This document shows, in pieces, positions 20,517 through 31,147 of a DNA stretch of 64,000 nucleotides. The first letter of the stretch is position 1. Each line of letters begins with the position of its first letter. Where the stretch lies: the IMG/VR virus record IMGVR_UViG_3300009605_006302. The stretch is one strand, 5' to 3'. The notes beneath the pieces are model-generated. The model did no database searches and was not told where the DNA came from. It saw only the letters and a program-made list of their open reading frames with translations. This stretch comes from a virus. The translations under genes and the position numbers were made by a program.

Positions 20517-22309
20517 TATTTAATAGCTCCTTTAATATCTTTGAATAAATATTTTACTTCAAAAATTACATTTTCTGGTGCATATATAATATTTTCATCT
20601 GCAGAAGTAAAATCTTCAATGTTATATACCACTGATGAATAACCAGTTCCAAGAACATTTGTGATCTTAACTTGTTCTACGTCTGATATGCCTCTAATCT
20701 TATTAAGCTTATTATATATATCTGTAACAACCAGATTTTCTCCTATATCCATCTTTACAGAAAAATGATCCCTCAAAGTTACAATTGCTTCATTCAAAAC
20801 AACAAATTTATCAAACTCTAAATTTGCCGTCGCGACAAAATCAATTTTAATATTAACAATTTTAACATCTAAAATATCAACTGTGTCATTTATCATTCTG
20901 CTTTTATTAATCCAAGTTTTTAGATTTTCTTTTAATGTACTGGTTGATGCTGCTAGTTGTCCATTTCTCAAACTGGAAACAACATATAAATTCATATTTC
21001 TTTTAAAAGAATCATGATCTTGCATTATGTTACATCTTTTAATAGCTCCAAATTTTGGCGGCATTGAATAAACAAGCGTTTTATAATCTTGTTTAGTTAC
21101 AGCGCGGTTCTGTGCTGCAAAAACATCGCCCATTCTTATTTTTAATTCATCAATACTTGGCAATGAAACATCACCAACGACAGGATTTTCGTTTTCTACT
21201 TCTAAAGAGTTTATTACAGTATTGACCTTCGTAGAAACTAAGCTTGATTTGTTTTTAAATTTAAAATTAGAACCAACAACTTGTGTTATAGTGCCAACAG
21301 TGGCATTTACATTACTATCTCTGTTTTTTCTATATGTAACCCTCAAAGTTGTGTTCACGGGGGCAACGCCGAATTTATCAGTTTCAATGAGCTTTGAAGG
21401 ATCAAAAGAACTGTCAACGACATACGTTCTTCCATGTAAATTTAATGCAATGTCGCTTGGATCTGCTAAAACATTATCAGAAATAACATTTTCTGTTCCA
21501 TAACCAAACTGTAGAAAAGTCGAACGTCTTTCGTTTATAACCGTAAACCTTCTTGGCACAACAACCGGTTTTAATATATTTGGAACTTCTGTTGAATCAG
21601 AGCTTGTGTTCAATATCTCTTTGTAAATAACGTTTTGTGATAAAAAATCAACTTCAAAATATTCTCGACCCTCGGAATCAAAAACGGAAACAATTTCTGT
21701 AATATTGATATCACGAACTTCTACTTTTTTAAATTTTTCATATGCCCCAACGGGTATTGTTGTCTGCACAAGCTCACCAGACATAACCTTTCCGAGTGCC
21801 TTTATCGCGTAACTCGTTGGAACACCGGTATCCGAATTTACAGCAGCCACAACAATATCATTCTCTGACTTCATAAAATCGACTTCTTCCAATAGTGTAA
21901 AAATATTACCACGATTAGTGCTAAATGTGCTATTTTTTCTTAACACTGGAATATAATCGGTGTCTGGGCCCAAACCTTCGCTTAAAGCGGGAACAATGAC
22001 ATAACAAGACAACGCCCCGATAGAGGCATGGGTTCGAGCATATTTATATCCCATTTGGCGCCCATGTCTAATGACATTATTGTATTCAATTGCAGTGTCT
22101 AAAAATGATTCATTTGCTTGATAGTCTAGATAAAAAGAAAGAATATCACCAATATAAGAAACCGTATCAACCATTAATGAACCAAAAGAAGCTTCATTGA
22201 AATCTCGAAACGTATCCGGATAATATCTTTCAGCATATGCCAACAAATCTCTTCTTATTGTTGCATAGTCTCTACTGGTATATCTAATTGTCGGTTTTCT
22301 CTTTGGCAT
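20516..22309 (-). CDS. gp6: Baseplate wedge subunit (T4 gp6 / baseplate J-like)
   Basis: 597 aa with the typical gp6 N-terminus YTSRDYATIRRDL...DFNEASFGSLMVDTVSYIGDILSFYLDYQANESFLDTA and the C-terminal motif AQNRAVTKQDY. Confidence 0.9.
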   Translation of the reverse strand: MPKRKPTIRYTSRDYATIRRDLLAYAERYYPDTFRDFNEASFGSLMVDTVSYIGDILSFYLDYQANESFLDTAIEYNNVIRHGRQMGYKYARTHASIGALSCYVIVPALSEGLGPDTDYIPVLRKNSTFSTNRGNIFTLLEEVDFMKSENDIVVAAVNSDTGVPTSYAIKALGKVMSGELVQTTIPVGAYEKFKKVEVRDINITEIVSVFDSEGREYFEVDFLSQNVIYKEILNTSSDSTEVPNILKPVVVPRRFTVINERRSTFLQFGYGTENVISDNVLADPSDIALNLHGRTYVVDSSFDPSKLIETDKFGVAPVNTTLRVTYRKNRDSNVNATVGTITQVVGSNFKFKNKSSLVSTKVNTVINSLEVENENPVVGDVSLPSIDELKIRMGDVFAAQNRAVTKQDYKTLVYSMPPKFGAIKRCNIMQDHDSFKRNMNLYVVSSLRNGQLAASTSTLKENLKTWINKSRMINDTVDILDVKIVNIKIDFVATANLEFDKFVVLNEAIVTLRDHFSVKMDIGENLVVTDIYNKLNKIRGISDVEQVKITNVLGTGYSSVVYNIEDFTSADENIIYAPENVIFEVKYLFKDIKGAIK

Positions 22310-22323
22310 GTTGATTTTCTCTC

Positions 22324-22725
22324 CTAGGCAATAAGATCTCCCATGAAATCTAATTTGAGTTCAAGTTTGTTTCGCGCTTGTAGTGTTCCAACCGCATATT
22401 CAATTTCTATATTCACAAAATTAAATGTATTTTCTAATTCTTTCGGTTTTTTAAAGTTTATTCTAAAAATTTTTATATATGGAAGATAAGTTTGAACTTG
22501 ATTGCGAATTTTCCCTTCAATTTGTCCATAAGTAAGTGGATTATTTTGTTCAAAAAGAAATCTTTTTAAACCCACACCAAAGTTGGGATCCATTATTCTT
22601 TCGCCCGGGCTGGTTAAAATAAGCATCTTAAGATTTTGCAAAGCTAAACCTTCATACGTTTTAATTAACTTATATCCATCAGTTTCATCTCTTCGCAGAG
22701 GAAGTTCTGGTGCCAATCCTGCCAT
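22324..22725 (-). CDS. gp25: Baseplate wedge subunit (T4 gp25 / GPW_gp25 family)
   Basis: 133 aa with QNLKMLILTSPGERIMDPNFGVGLKRFLFE, the classic gp25 motif. Directly upstream of gp6. Confidence 0.92.
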   Translation of the reverse strand: MAGLAPELPLRRDETDGYKLIKTYEGLALQNLKMLILTSPGERIMDPNFGVGLKRFLFEQNNPLTYGQIEGKIRNQVQTYLPYIKIFRINFKKPKELENTFNFVNIEIEYAVGTLQARNKLELKLDFMGDLIA

Positions 22726-22747
22726 TATTACTTTCTCCCAATTTCAT

Positions 22748-25700
22748 TCATACTATTACAAACGAAGCAGTTTCATTATTATATGCTACTTTTGGTCGAC
22801 CATCAGAAAATACTCTCCTCGTCCTTCCGCTAAGTAATCCTGCGTTTCCTCCTGCTGCTTCTGTATTTCTGTCGCGATAACTAAAATCATTTGTGTTTAT
22901 AATGCTATCAAACATAGACTTTAACGTAGATCTTGTCTGATCAAACACACTAGTCAATCGTTCATCTCCTGCAGTAGAAAAAACCACTTCAATATAAATA
23001 GTTATTATCGATAATATTTTTTGCAGAGGAAAACAATGCTCAAACAAAAGCTTAAATCGTTCATCTTTGATCATTTTGTTAATTAGGTTTTTTTTATGAT
23101 CTCTAAATTGAATATTTTCAATGTCTTCAAAATCAATATCCTTTGTAACAGAAATCAACGGAAGAGGATACGTCGATCGATATGTTGCACTTTCTTCCCA
23201 GCGACGACTCTCTTCGGTTTTCTGTAAACCCATAAATCTCTCTATAATACGAAAAGTTCGCTTGTTTGCAAAAACGAAACTTGAACTTATATTTTTTAAA
23301 TTGGCGGCGTGGTCTTCTAAATCATCATCGTTGAGTTCTAGTTCGGGTACATAGACCAACCTTAATCCAACTTTTACATTTGAAACTAATTCTTTCAATT
23401 CAGGCACATCGGCGTCGGCGTTCTCAAAAACGTTTATCCGATCTAATAGTGGTAAACGATTAAGTTCGTTGACAACACTTCGACACCAGGCCTGCGGGCC
23501 CGGGCCCCGGGAGACTGATGAATCGAAAGTGGCGTTGTTATCATCGTCAAGCCATATCGGACAGTTCTTAATAGCAGCTATGAAATATCTAATTTCTTGA
23601 TCTTCGGTTACTAAAATTCCTTCAGAAAGAGACTTAATTTTAGTTACTCCATTAACATCATATTGGATATATTTTTCCAAGAGCAATCCACCATCTTTAA
23701 ACGTCTCAAGTCCAGATCTTAGTTTTGTTTTTCTTCTTAATACATCATCCTCGAACTCGAACTCGACTTTTTTACCTTCTTCGTCGAGCAAAAAATCTTC
23801 AAACCTATCTTTATATACTTGATCTACATCTAAAAATTCGGTTATAGAATCATCTTCAAGTACGACTGCAGTTGGAACATTAAAAACCCCTTGACTTCCC
23901 TTGTTTTCAAAATACATCATATTCTTCAAAAATATTTCATACACTGAGTCTCGTGTCCCGGATCGAATCATGCTCAATTCTTCTAACGTATTAGACATAT
24001 CCAATATTGTCTTTTTGATAAAATAATCCATGGCACCCTTAAGCTCTATTTCTTCTGGAGAAGACAAGTCTACCTCGGTTATAGGATCTTTTAAACTTTT
24101 ATTGTTTAAATTCCATTCCTCTTCATATAGTTCTTTTACATGATCTAAAATATTTTCATAATATCCAGGCCAAAAAGGATCCTGTCTGACACAAGCTTCC
24201 TGAACCTTTAATGCTATATACCCAACAAATTCATCGCTTATAATGCTGTCTTTTTTAAAAGTATCGAAAACAGGCAATGTTTTTAAAAATAACTCAACTA
24301 CATGTAACCTAACTGTTGCTTCTACTACAGAAGCTAGCAATGCTTTTTGAATATCATCTGTAGCTCCCTCGCTTTCTTGTGCTGTAGATTTTTCATATCT
24401 TTCTTTTGTTTTTTCTCTTAATTCCTCTAATCCCAACAACGTTGTCTGAGTTTCTCCGCTAGTATCACTTTTGGGTTCTAATCGCCAATTCATAATAGAT
24501 TCTTCGGGGTTTTCTAAATTGTCAACTTCGGCATTAAGTATTCTTTTAGATTTTAGAAGTTTATTTGTGAACATTTTTATTATATCAGTCATCGTTCTAT
24601 AATAAGCAACCCCTTCTAGATATTTCACAATAGGTTCTTCATCAAATCCCGAATCTTCGTCTCTCAAATCTTGAGAAGCTATAACAGAAAACAAAACTCG
24701 GGGATCGTGCAGGTCGTTGAAATCTTTGCCGTCCAAGATTCGTAAATCTGCAGCATCAAATATAGTTTCAGAAATGTCTTTTTGATTGGTTTTAATCTGA
24801 AACTCGTGATTCAATTTAAAAGGGGGTCGATTAGATGTCGGAATTTTTAAAATGTGTTCATAAGGGGTGCCCTCTTCAATATTCCAAATAATATCGTCGC
24901 GAATGCGTCCGAGATGTGTATTTAATACGAAACTTAATCCAGACTCTCCCTCTTCGAACTCAATTCCTTCTAAATGATTTTTAACAACGCCCATTATTGA
25001 TCCATTTATCTCAACAAAGCGCGTGGCATAACCCTCCGGAGGTGCTATGTCAAAAAGAGGAACGCCGGCAGGACCCAGGCCAAGCGGCGGTGGCATATTC
25101 TTCATCATCTCGTCTTGCTGTTTCAACATTTCATATACTGATCTCATTCCAGATTTAAAACACAAAGTTTGAATAAATCCCAAGGGACCGTGAACCGCTT
25201 GTTCAAATACCATTATGATACTTTCAAACATTGTTTCAATTGTTCTATTCATCATATGCTGAACTGATGGTGGATTCCTGGGAATCAAAGCCGAAGAGCC
25301 GCCGATTATCGGTGGAATCGAAATTTCAGAAGCCGGCGAAGTTGGAGAAAATTGAAGAAATTTTACTGCGCGTGAACAAGCCCTCCCGGCATTTTTTTCT
25401 GTTTCCCTCTTGATATCATCAGCGCTCAATGAATAGCCATATTTATTGATTAACAATTGTTCGCGGCGTTCAGAGGCTGAAAGTCCTTCTGCTCTATTTG
25501 AGGCTACCTCTTCTCTCCAAGATTGAGATTTGGCGAGATCAAAATACTTTCCTAAATTCTCAAAAACATCAATTATTTTTGCTAAATTTGTTGGATCTCC
25601 AAAAAATCCTCTTATATTATTATATTTTTCTGTATTCAAGGTCGTCGAAATAAGCCTTATAACACGCATTGATGATGTTCCCCTCAATAAAGAAAATATT

Positions 25701-28597
25701 TCATCCGGAGTTAGTTGTAGTGAAATTTCCTCCAAAAGTTCCTTTAAGTGGGCACCCAAGACACTAAGATTTGCACCGGATGGGATCTCCAAACATATAC
25801 TCATAACATGAGCAAATACATCAAATCTCGAATCAGGAGGGCCGGCAAATTGATCTGCTATGATCGATCCTATGTCTAATTCTCCATAACTTAATGAACT
25901 TGCAACATTCAAATTCAAACTTGGATCAACACAAGAGCAAATTCCGCTTGGATCAAAGTCAATGTCAATGTCGATAACGGCTTTTATCGTTTCCAACGCT
26001 ATATCTATTATAAAAGCTCTGAATTCATCGGCCAAATTGGGCAAAACCCATCCCATAAAATCAAAAGTAGGCAATCTTCCCAACTCTATACTGGGAGTTA
26101 CTGGAAGTTTGGGTATATCAAAGATATCGCCCTTCTTTGGATCACACAATTGTTCAGCGATTTTAAGCGTAGCAGTAGTTGCCCCAAGAATTACTGCTAA
26201 ATCACCCTCAAACGATGATCCAGACAGACTTGGAACGATTATTTGAAGTATTTTTATATATACTATCAATGTTGCGACTGCTATTCCAAGTTCTTCAAGC
26301 AACGGCGTCGTCGTTATAGATGAATTTAACTCAGCTGAAATACAAATCTCTTGAATCAAGCCTTCTATCTTTTGTTCTTCAAAGTTAATATATGCTGTCG
26401 TAACATTTCTAAAATGTTCAATGATATCAGCCATCGGTTTATTATCTAATATATTGATATCTCGAAAAACATTCAAAGTTGTTGCGTAAGTGCTTTCCGA
26501 TACCGAAGCTCTCAAGAGACCAAGTTGGTCTTCGCGGGCTGTTAGCGCGGTTAACTGCCAAGTTAGATCCAAGTTAGGTGTATTGAGCGTAGATTCAAAG
26601 AATGTTCTATTGAATTGATTAACTTTATCAAAAAACGTTTTTGTGGCGCATTCCAAAAAACTTCCTAGATTTGGAAACTCGCCCATGGTTATGGCTGCAG
26701 CAAACTGTGCGATGGTTCCAATATCAATTTTGTTTAAAATTTCTGAAAAAAGACCTTCAATATCACCTTCAAGCTGCGCCGCCAACTCCCGAAGATTCCC
26801 CAACACAATATCCCCTACATAATGTGTGTTTACCGATACATCTGAAAATGCAGTTTGAATAAAGTTCGGATCTGCAATCTTTTGATCTTCTCTTCTTCTC
26901 TCGGTAGCCGACGTGTATATATCATTAATTGTTTGTCTGGTTTCTCTTGCGGTCTCAATGCCGCGACCTACCCGACCCGTATTTGATGCTAATCCAGCAA
27001 CGTCACCAATGTTTTCTATCTTTGGCCACTTTGGAAATGGCCTTTTTGGCATGCGAGTGGCATCATCAAAACGATTTTGAAACTCTTCCATGTGGTTGCC
27101 GGCCTCGCGGGCGAGACTAAAAGTTTCTTCTGGAACACCGACAATTATTTGTGGGCGCGGATACGTATACTTCAAAAGAAATTCAGTCAAACTTGGAGAA
27201 TTGCTTAATGCCAGGTCTGCTTCCATTTCATTCAGCTTAGAAACATAAGCAATTGTTGTTGGGTTGCTCATTGGATAAGTTTTCTGAAATGCACTAAAAC
27301 CAACACTTGCCGGTTTTTGATCAAACAAGACATAGGCTACTTCGTATCCTTCAGTAAATCCAATTTCAATTCCTGTTTCTTGAGTTGCTTGTTCCAGAAA
27401 GAAGCAGTTTTTTGCCAAAAGGTTCTTTAATGCAGTGAAAAACTCCCCCAATCGTTTGGCTTCGTTTTTAACATTAAGGCAGGTAATCCGTAAATGTTGA
27501 TTTCGAGCGATTCGAGCAAAATCAATTAAACTGACCACGATATTATCTATCTGACTTCTTATCGTTAGTGCATCTAAACGAATGAATCTAAACCTTTTTT
27601 GTCCCGTGCTCGGATCAATAGAAGGATCTTCGGATATATCCGGCAAAAGCTCAAACGTTCGTGCTGGTACCTTTACTAAAACTTTAGCTCTTGCCCTTGG
27701 TCTCTCGTCAAGATAGTATTCTGTTTCTACGCTTTGTAATAAATCCAGTTGTCCAGCGCGATCGGGGGGCAATCTTTTATTATAAAATTTTGCTAAATGT
27801 AAAATACCTCGTGCTGCAGCTTGTTCTAATTCTGGCGAGCAAGTCGTTGGCCCTTTGTTGGTATTTGGAACAAAACCTTTACAAGCTTCAACGGTTATTG
27901 AATATTCCAAAGTGTTTTCAGCAAAAAATGGTTCTTCTTCTGTCCTCTGCGTCCAGTCAATCGGAACTACATCTGTATTGATTGAATTTGCTACTCGACA
28001 GTTGTCTTCAGCGCTTCGAGCCGTTAGAGAAGGAATCGGTGTGCCGGCAATCACTACATTTGGATCTGCGCCATAGCGAGTAAAACCTGAAATTTCTAAA
28101 GCATCTGGATCTGATATATCAAAAAAGGCAAGATTTAGAATTAGATTACCTTCTTCATCGAATTCAGTGGCATCATCGACGTCATCTTGAATATTGACCA
28201 TGTCATCAGTGAGAGGGTCATCAGCGTCGTAATCAGTTTCAGGAACGATAACTCCACTATCTTCAAGAGTTTCTCGATCGGTCCGAGTTGCCTCTTCGTG
28301 CAGCTGCTCTTCTTTGGCTAATACAAGCTCTCCATAACCTACATCTTCATGTGTGTGTGTTTCCCAACGTATTGAAATATTGTCCCAAAGGCGCGCGGAC
28401 TCGACCTTCCACTCTACAATATGATGTTCATGATCACTGGAACTTGGTGCAAAGGTTCTTTTATCGGGATGATCAACCCAACGCGAAGTTGTTCCGTTTC
28501 CGGAGCGGTCGATTTCATCCAAATATAATCTATGTTCGTGTGTACCAGTAACTAACTTAAAATATTTGCGACCATCAGTTTCAAAAAGTTCTGCCAT
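22748..28597 (-). CDS. Very large hypothetical protein (probably virion-associated) with an N-terminal HxH cluster
   Basis: 1949 aa, acidic and mostly helical. Sits between the spike gene and gp25. THEH, DHEHH and THTH motifs occur in the first 90 aa. Confidence 0.5.
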   Translation of the reverse strand: MAELFETDGRKYFKLVTGTHEHRLYLDEIDRSGNGTTSRWVDHPDKRTFAPSSSDHEHHIVEWKVESARLWDNISIRWETHTHEDVGYGELVLAKEEQLHEEATRTDRETLEDSGVIVPETDYDADDPLTDDMVNIQDDVDDATEFDEEGNLILNLAFFDISDPDALEISGFTRYGADPNVVIAGTPIPSLTARSAEDNCRVANSINTDVVPIDWTQRTEEEPFFAENTLEYSITVEACKGFVPNTNKGPTTCSPELEQAAARGILHLAKFYNKRLPPDRAGQLDLLQSVETEYYLDERPRARAKVLVKVPARTFELLPDISEDPSIDPSTGQKRFRFIRLDALTIRSQIDNIVVSLIDFARIARNQHLRITCLNVKNEAKRLGEFFTALKNLLAKNCFFLEQATQETGIEIGFTEGYEVAYVLFDQKPASVGFSAFQKTYPMSNPTTIAYVSKLNEMEADLALSNSPSLTEFLLKYTYPRPQIIVGVPEETFSLAREAGNHMEEFQNRFDDATRMPKRPFPKWPKIENIGDVAGLASNTGRVGRGIETARETRQTINDIYTSATERRREDQKIADPNFIQTAFSDVSVNTHYVGDIVLGNLRELAAQLEGDIEGLFSEILNKIDIGTIAQFAAAITMGEFPNLGSFLECATKTFFDKVNQFNRTFFESTLNTPNLDLTWQLTALTAREDQLGLLRASVSESTYATTLNVFRDINILDNKPMADIIEHFRNVTTAYINFEEQKIEGLIQEICISAELNSSITTTPLLEELGIAVATLIVYIKILQIIVPSLSGSSFEGDLAVILGATTATLKIAEQLCDPKKGDIFDIPKLPVTPSIELGRLPTFDFMGWVLPNLADEFRAFIIDIALETIKAVIDIDIDFDPSGICSCVDPSLNLNVASSLSYGELDIGSIIADQFAGPPDSRFDVFAHVMSICLEIPSGANLSVLGAHLKELLEEISLQLTPDEIFSLLRGTSSMRVIRLISTTLNTEKYNNIRGFFGDPTNLAKIIDVFENLGKYFDLAKSQSWREEVASNRAEGLSASERREQLLINKYGYSLSADDIKRETEKNAGRACSRAVKFLQFSPTSPASEISIPPIIGGSSALIPRNPPSVQHMMNRTIETMFESIIMVFEQAVHGPLGFIQTLCFKSGMRSVYEMLKQQDEMMKNMPPPLGLGPAGVPLFDIAPPEGYATRFVEINGSIMGVVKNHLEGIEFEEGESGLSFVLNTHLGRIRDDIIWNIEEGTPYEHILKIPTSNRPPFKLNHEFQIKTNQKDISETIFDAADLRILDGKDFNDLHDPRVLFSVIASQDLRDEDSGFDEEPIVKYLEGVAYYRTMTDIIKMFTNKLLKSKRILNAEVDNLENPEESIMNWRLEPKSDTSGETQTTLLGLEELREKTKERYEKSTAQESEGATDDIQKALLASVVEATVRLHVVELFLKTLPVFDTFKKDSIISDEFVGYIALKVQEACVRQDPFWPGYYENILDHVKELYEEEWNLNNKSLKDPITEVDLSSPEEIELKGAMDYFIKKTILDMSNTLEELSMIRSGTRDSVYEIFLKNMMYFENKGSQGVFNVPTAVVLEDDSITEFLDVDQVYKDRFEDFLLDEEGKKVEFEFEDDVLRRKTKLRSGLETFKDGGLLLEKYIQYDVNGVTKIKSLSEGILVTEDQEIRYFIAAIKNCPIWLDDDNNATFDSSVSRGPGPQAWCRSVVNELNRLPLLDRINVFENADADVPELKELVSNVKVGLRLVYVPELELNDDDLEDHAANLKNISSSFVFANKRTFRIIERFMGLQKTEESRRWEESATYRSTYPLPLISVTKDIDFEDIENIQFRDHKKNLINKMIKDERFKLLFEHCFPLQKILSIITIYIEVVFSTAGDERLTSVFDQTRSTLKSMFDSIINTNDFSYRDRNTEAAGGNAGLLSGRTRRVFSDGRPKVAYNNETASFVIV

Positions 28598-28605
28598 AAC
28601 AAATC

Positions 28606-29562
28606 CTAATTCGTGTTGTTGTATCTGCTGTTGATGTATTTCTTCCCAATTGGATTGAGAAAGTTTATTTTATACATTGCCAAGTTCGCTTTGTGCGATA
28701 ACAAAGAAAGTTTGGTTTGAGTTAGTTGTTTTACAGCAGTTGCAACACCAGAAGACACCATTGTTGGCGAAGGTGGCGTTGGGGCACCCCAGCCTGGAGA
28801 TATATGAAAATGAGTTGTTGCAAAACTGTTAAATTCCATTTGAGACATCAAAAATGAATCAACAATCCCGCTCAATGCATCAACGTGAGAAACCAATTCT
28901 TCAATAGCAGCCACCAAATTACTCCCTTTAACCATTGGTTGTATATCCGTATCATCGTTGCCGGCAATTAAATCAATCCCAACCACACTTTCAACAGAAG
29001 CGCCCTGAGAATTCAACATATCCGTTCTCGTAATCAGCTTAATTCCATCGCGAGCAATAATTCTAATTCCATCAGCTTTTAATGCAATACCGGACTTGGT
29101 GCTTGAGATACCAACTCTTCCAGGCACCAGGCCAAAGTTTTCATCAATGTCAGTTTTTTGACTTATATAGATTCGCGCAGCATCCAGCTTGAAATCTGGA
29201 TTTACCTCTGTAAATTCCCCTTGTTCGTTAACTTGTCTGGGATCTGCTCCCATTCTACCACAAACAACATCTATCATTGCACATTGTGTTTCTCCACGAC
29301 CACCATATCCACTTATACGATTATTTGGCCGATCTCTTCCTAATACAATTGAAGCATTATTTTCATTTGCAATTACTGTTTCACAATCCGCAGATATAAA
29401 TCTTGGTACTGGTTCCAAGACCCTTGCGCCGGCGATACCTCTGGCGCCAGTGTTGTTTGCCAAGTCGGGTATAGTTCCGGCTTTGGCTAAAGCCACAGGT
29501 CCCAAACCCGCTAAAGAAACAGCCTTTCTGGTTGTTCGTGGTATAAATAGATTTTCTGCCAT
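28606..29562 (-). CDS. Putative baseplate central spike (gp5 C-terminal / gpV-like)
   Basis: Start refined to the ATG at 29562 (SD AAAGGAG). Short beta-strand repeats (GIRIIARDGIKLITR), a helical segment, then TTHFH, an HxH motif like the metal-binding apex of gpV/gp138 spikes. Confidence 0.6.
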   Translation of the reverse strand: MAENLFIPRTTRKAVSLAGLGPVALAKAGTIPDLANNTGARGIAGARVLEPVPRFISADCETVIANENNASIVLGRDRPNNRISGYGGRGETQCAMIDVVCGRMGADPRQVNEQGEFTEVNPDFKLDAARIYISQKTDIDENFGLVPGRVGISSTKSGIALKADGIRIIARDGIKLITRTDMLNSQGASVESVVGIDLIAGNDDTDIQPMVKGSNLVAAIEELVSHVDALSGIVDSFLMSQMEFNSFATTHFHISPGWGAPTPPSPTMVSSGVATAVKQLTQTKLSLLSHKANLAMYKINFLNPIGKKYINSRYNNTN

Positions 29563-29581
29563 TATATCTCTCCTTTGTTTT

Positions 29582-31141
29582 TTATACTTGTTGTAGTGGG
29601 CCTTGTACAACATCCACATCTGGATTGAATATCTTAGAAACATCCATTACTGTAAACGGACTTATATTGCCCCGGCCGGGTCGGGGGTTTGCAGCCATTT
29701 CCGAAACTGAAGCCTCAAGATGAAGATGAGACGGGTCTCCACCTGGAAACTTATCCAATTGACGTGGGAGCCGCGTAGCATTCCTCGTATCATTTAAATC
29801 AGCTACATAAGATAACCCCAAGAAATCTCCCTTACGATGCTGGCCGCTCGCGGGGACTTCTCCACTCACATGAATAAAAGTAAGATTGGGGTTTCTAGGA
29901 TCAGCAGGTCGATATTTAAACATTTTTTGATAATCTCGATCGGAGGAAGCGTTGCTTATAGCATGTACTTCGCCATCCCATGGAGCATACATGCTCGTGC
30001 CTGAAGGAACATATATGTCTTCACCCCAATGAACTCTACGATTTCCTGGTGTTCCACGAACACCACCAAATTGTGCAGTACCTCTTGATTGCAGGCCTGT
30101 CCCTCGGCCGGCGCGATATCGTTCCAAAAACCACAAAGGGGTTAAAGAAATTAAAGTTTCTCCCTCAAACTGCCCAGATGGGGGTTGAAGGCCCGGGCGA
30201 GCCGCGCGGGATTCATAAGTTCCATATGTAGGAAGGTCGTTGCGTCCAAGCCCGGTAGGGGCGCTCGATATGCCAGGCGGCAAACTTGTTCCAACAAGCG
30301 GTGTATCAAGACCACCGGTCCATTGACCCACTGTCGTCGCGCAACTTGCATAAACGGCTGGTTGCGCCGTCGGCAACTGAACTTCTGGATTGACCGTAGA
30401 ATTATTAATATTAATCGCGAGATTATAAGCCAAATTTTCTTGAAACTCAACCTGAGACGCGGCAGTTATCCGAAGATTAGTGCCAACCGTTGTTAATCCA
30501 CTTTCTGACAACATTTCTAAGGCAACCTCTCTAGAACTAAAACTTGAAATATATTCATATGCTGTACCTCGTTGTGATTCTTGAGAATCAGAAAAAACAA
30601 ATGCTATTGTTAAACTATGGGTAGAAGTTGGATTAGTTCTTATTGTTTCAATTGATGCTGCAGCTTCAGGATTTTGAGCAGCAAATTCTGAACCTGGGCT
30701 AATCAATTCATTTAATTCTTCTGTGGTTTCTAATCCACTGCTTGGTGTATCTTCGGATGGTTCTGGTTCGGTTGAAGTTGAATTGTCCGAAGGATTTGAA
30801 AAATTCGCCACATCTTCAATTAAAGTACTGTCATCAGTAGATGTATCAACAGATGTTCCAGCTAAAGTCACGATGGTTGCAACTAATTGAGTACCAAACA
30901 CGACAGTGCCGGTTCTTTCGTTTTCTATTCTAAACAGTCCCAACTCATTTCCACCCACAATGGTAAACAAAAGATTTGCCGGCAAAGGATGTTCTTGTCC
31001 CGCAGCAATAGCCTTTCGTTCAGCAATGGTCGACGTTTCGGCAATAAACCTCTCCATATCTGGTGTTCCTGATGTATCGACATACAGTGTAGCATTCTCT
31101 GCATCAGCGAAACTGGTATTTGTTGTTGCGTATTCAGACAT
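29582..31141 (-). CDS. M23-family peptidoglycan endopeptidase with a long S/T/E-rich N-terminal region
   Basis: HWGEDIYVPSGTSMYAPWDGEV (HxxxD) and HLHLE (HxH) Zn ligands lie in the C-terminal domain. Confidence 0.8.
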   Translation of the reverse strand: MSEYATTNTSFADAENATLYVDTSGTPDMERFIAETSTIAERKAIAAGQEHPLPANLLFTIVGGNELGLFRIENERTGTVVFGTQLVATIVTLAGTSVDTSTDDSTLIEDVANFSNPSDNSTSTEPEPSEDTPSSGLETTEELNELISPGSEFAAQNPEAAASIETIRTNPTSTHSLTIAFVFSDSQESQRGTAYEYISSFSSREVALEMLSESGLTTVGTNLRITAASQVEFQENLAYNLAININNSTVNPEVQLPTAQPAVYASCATTVGQWTGGLDTPLVGTSLPPGISSAPTGLGRNDLPTYGTYESRAARPGLQPPSGQFEGETLISLTPLWFLERYRAGRGTGLQSRGTAQFGGVRGTPGNRRVHWGEDIYVPSGTSMYAPWDGEVHAISNASSDRDYQKMFKYRPADPRNPNLTFIHVSGEVPASGQHRKGDFLGLSYVADLNDTRNATRLPRQLDKFPGGDPSHLHLEASVSEMAANPRPGRGNISPFTVMDVSKIFNPDVDVVQGPLQQV

Positions 31142-31147
31142 TATTGT

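Noticed and set aside
8431-28597. Inteins or introns in the very large structural ORFs
   Set aside because: I found no C/S-start...HN-end intein blocks, no LAGLIDADG or HNH motifs, and no interrupted frames by eye.
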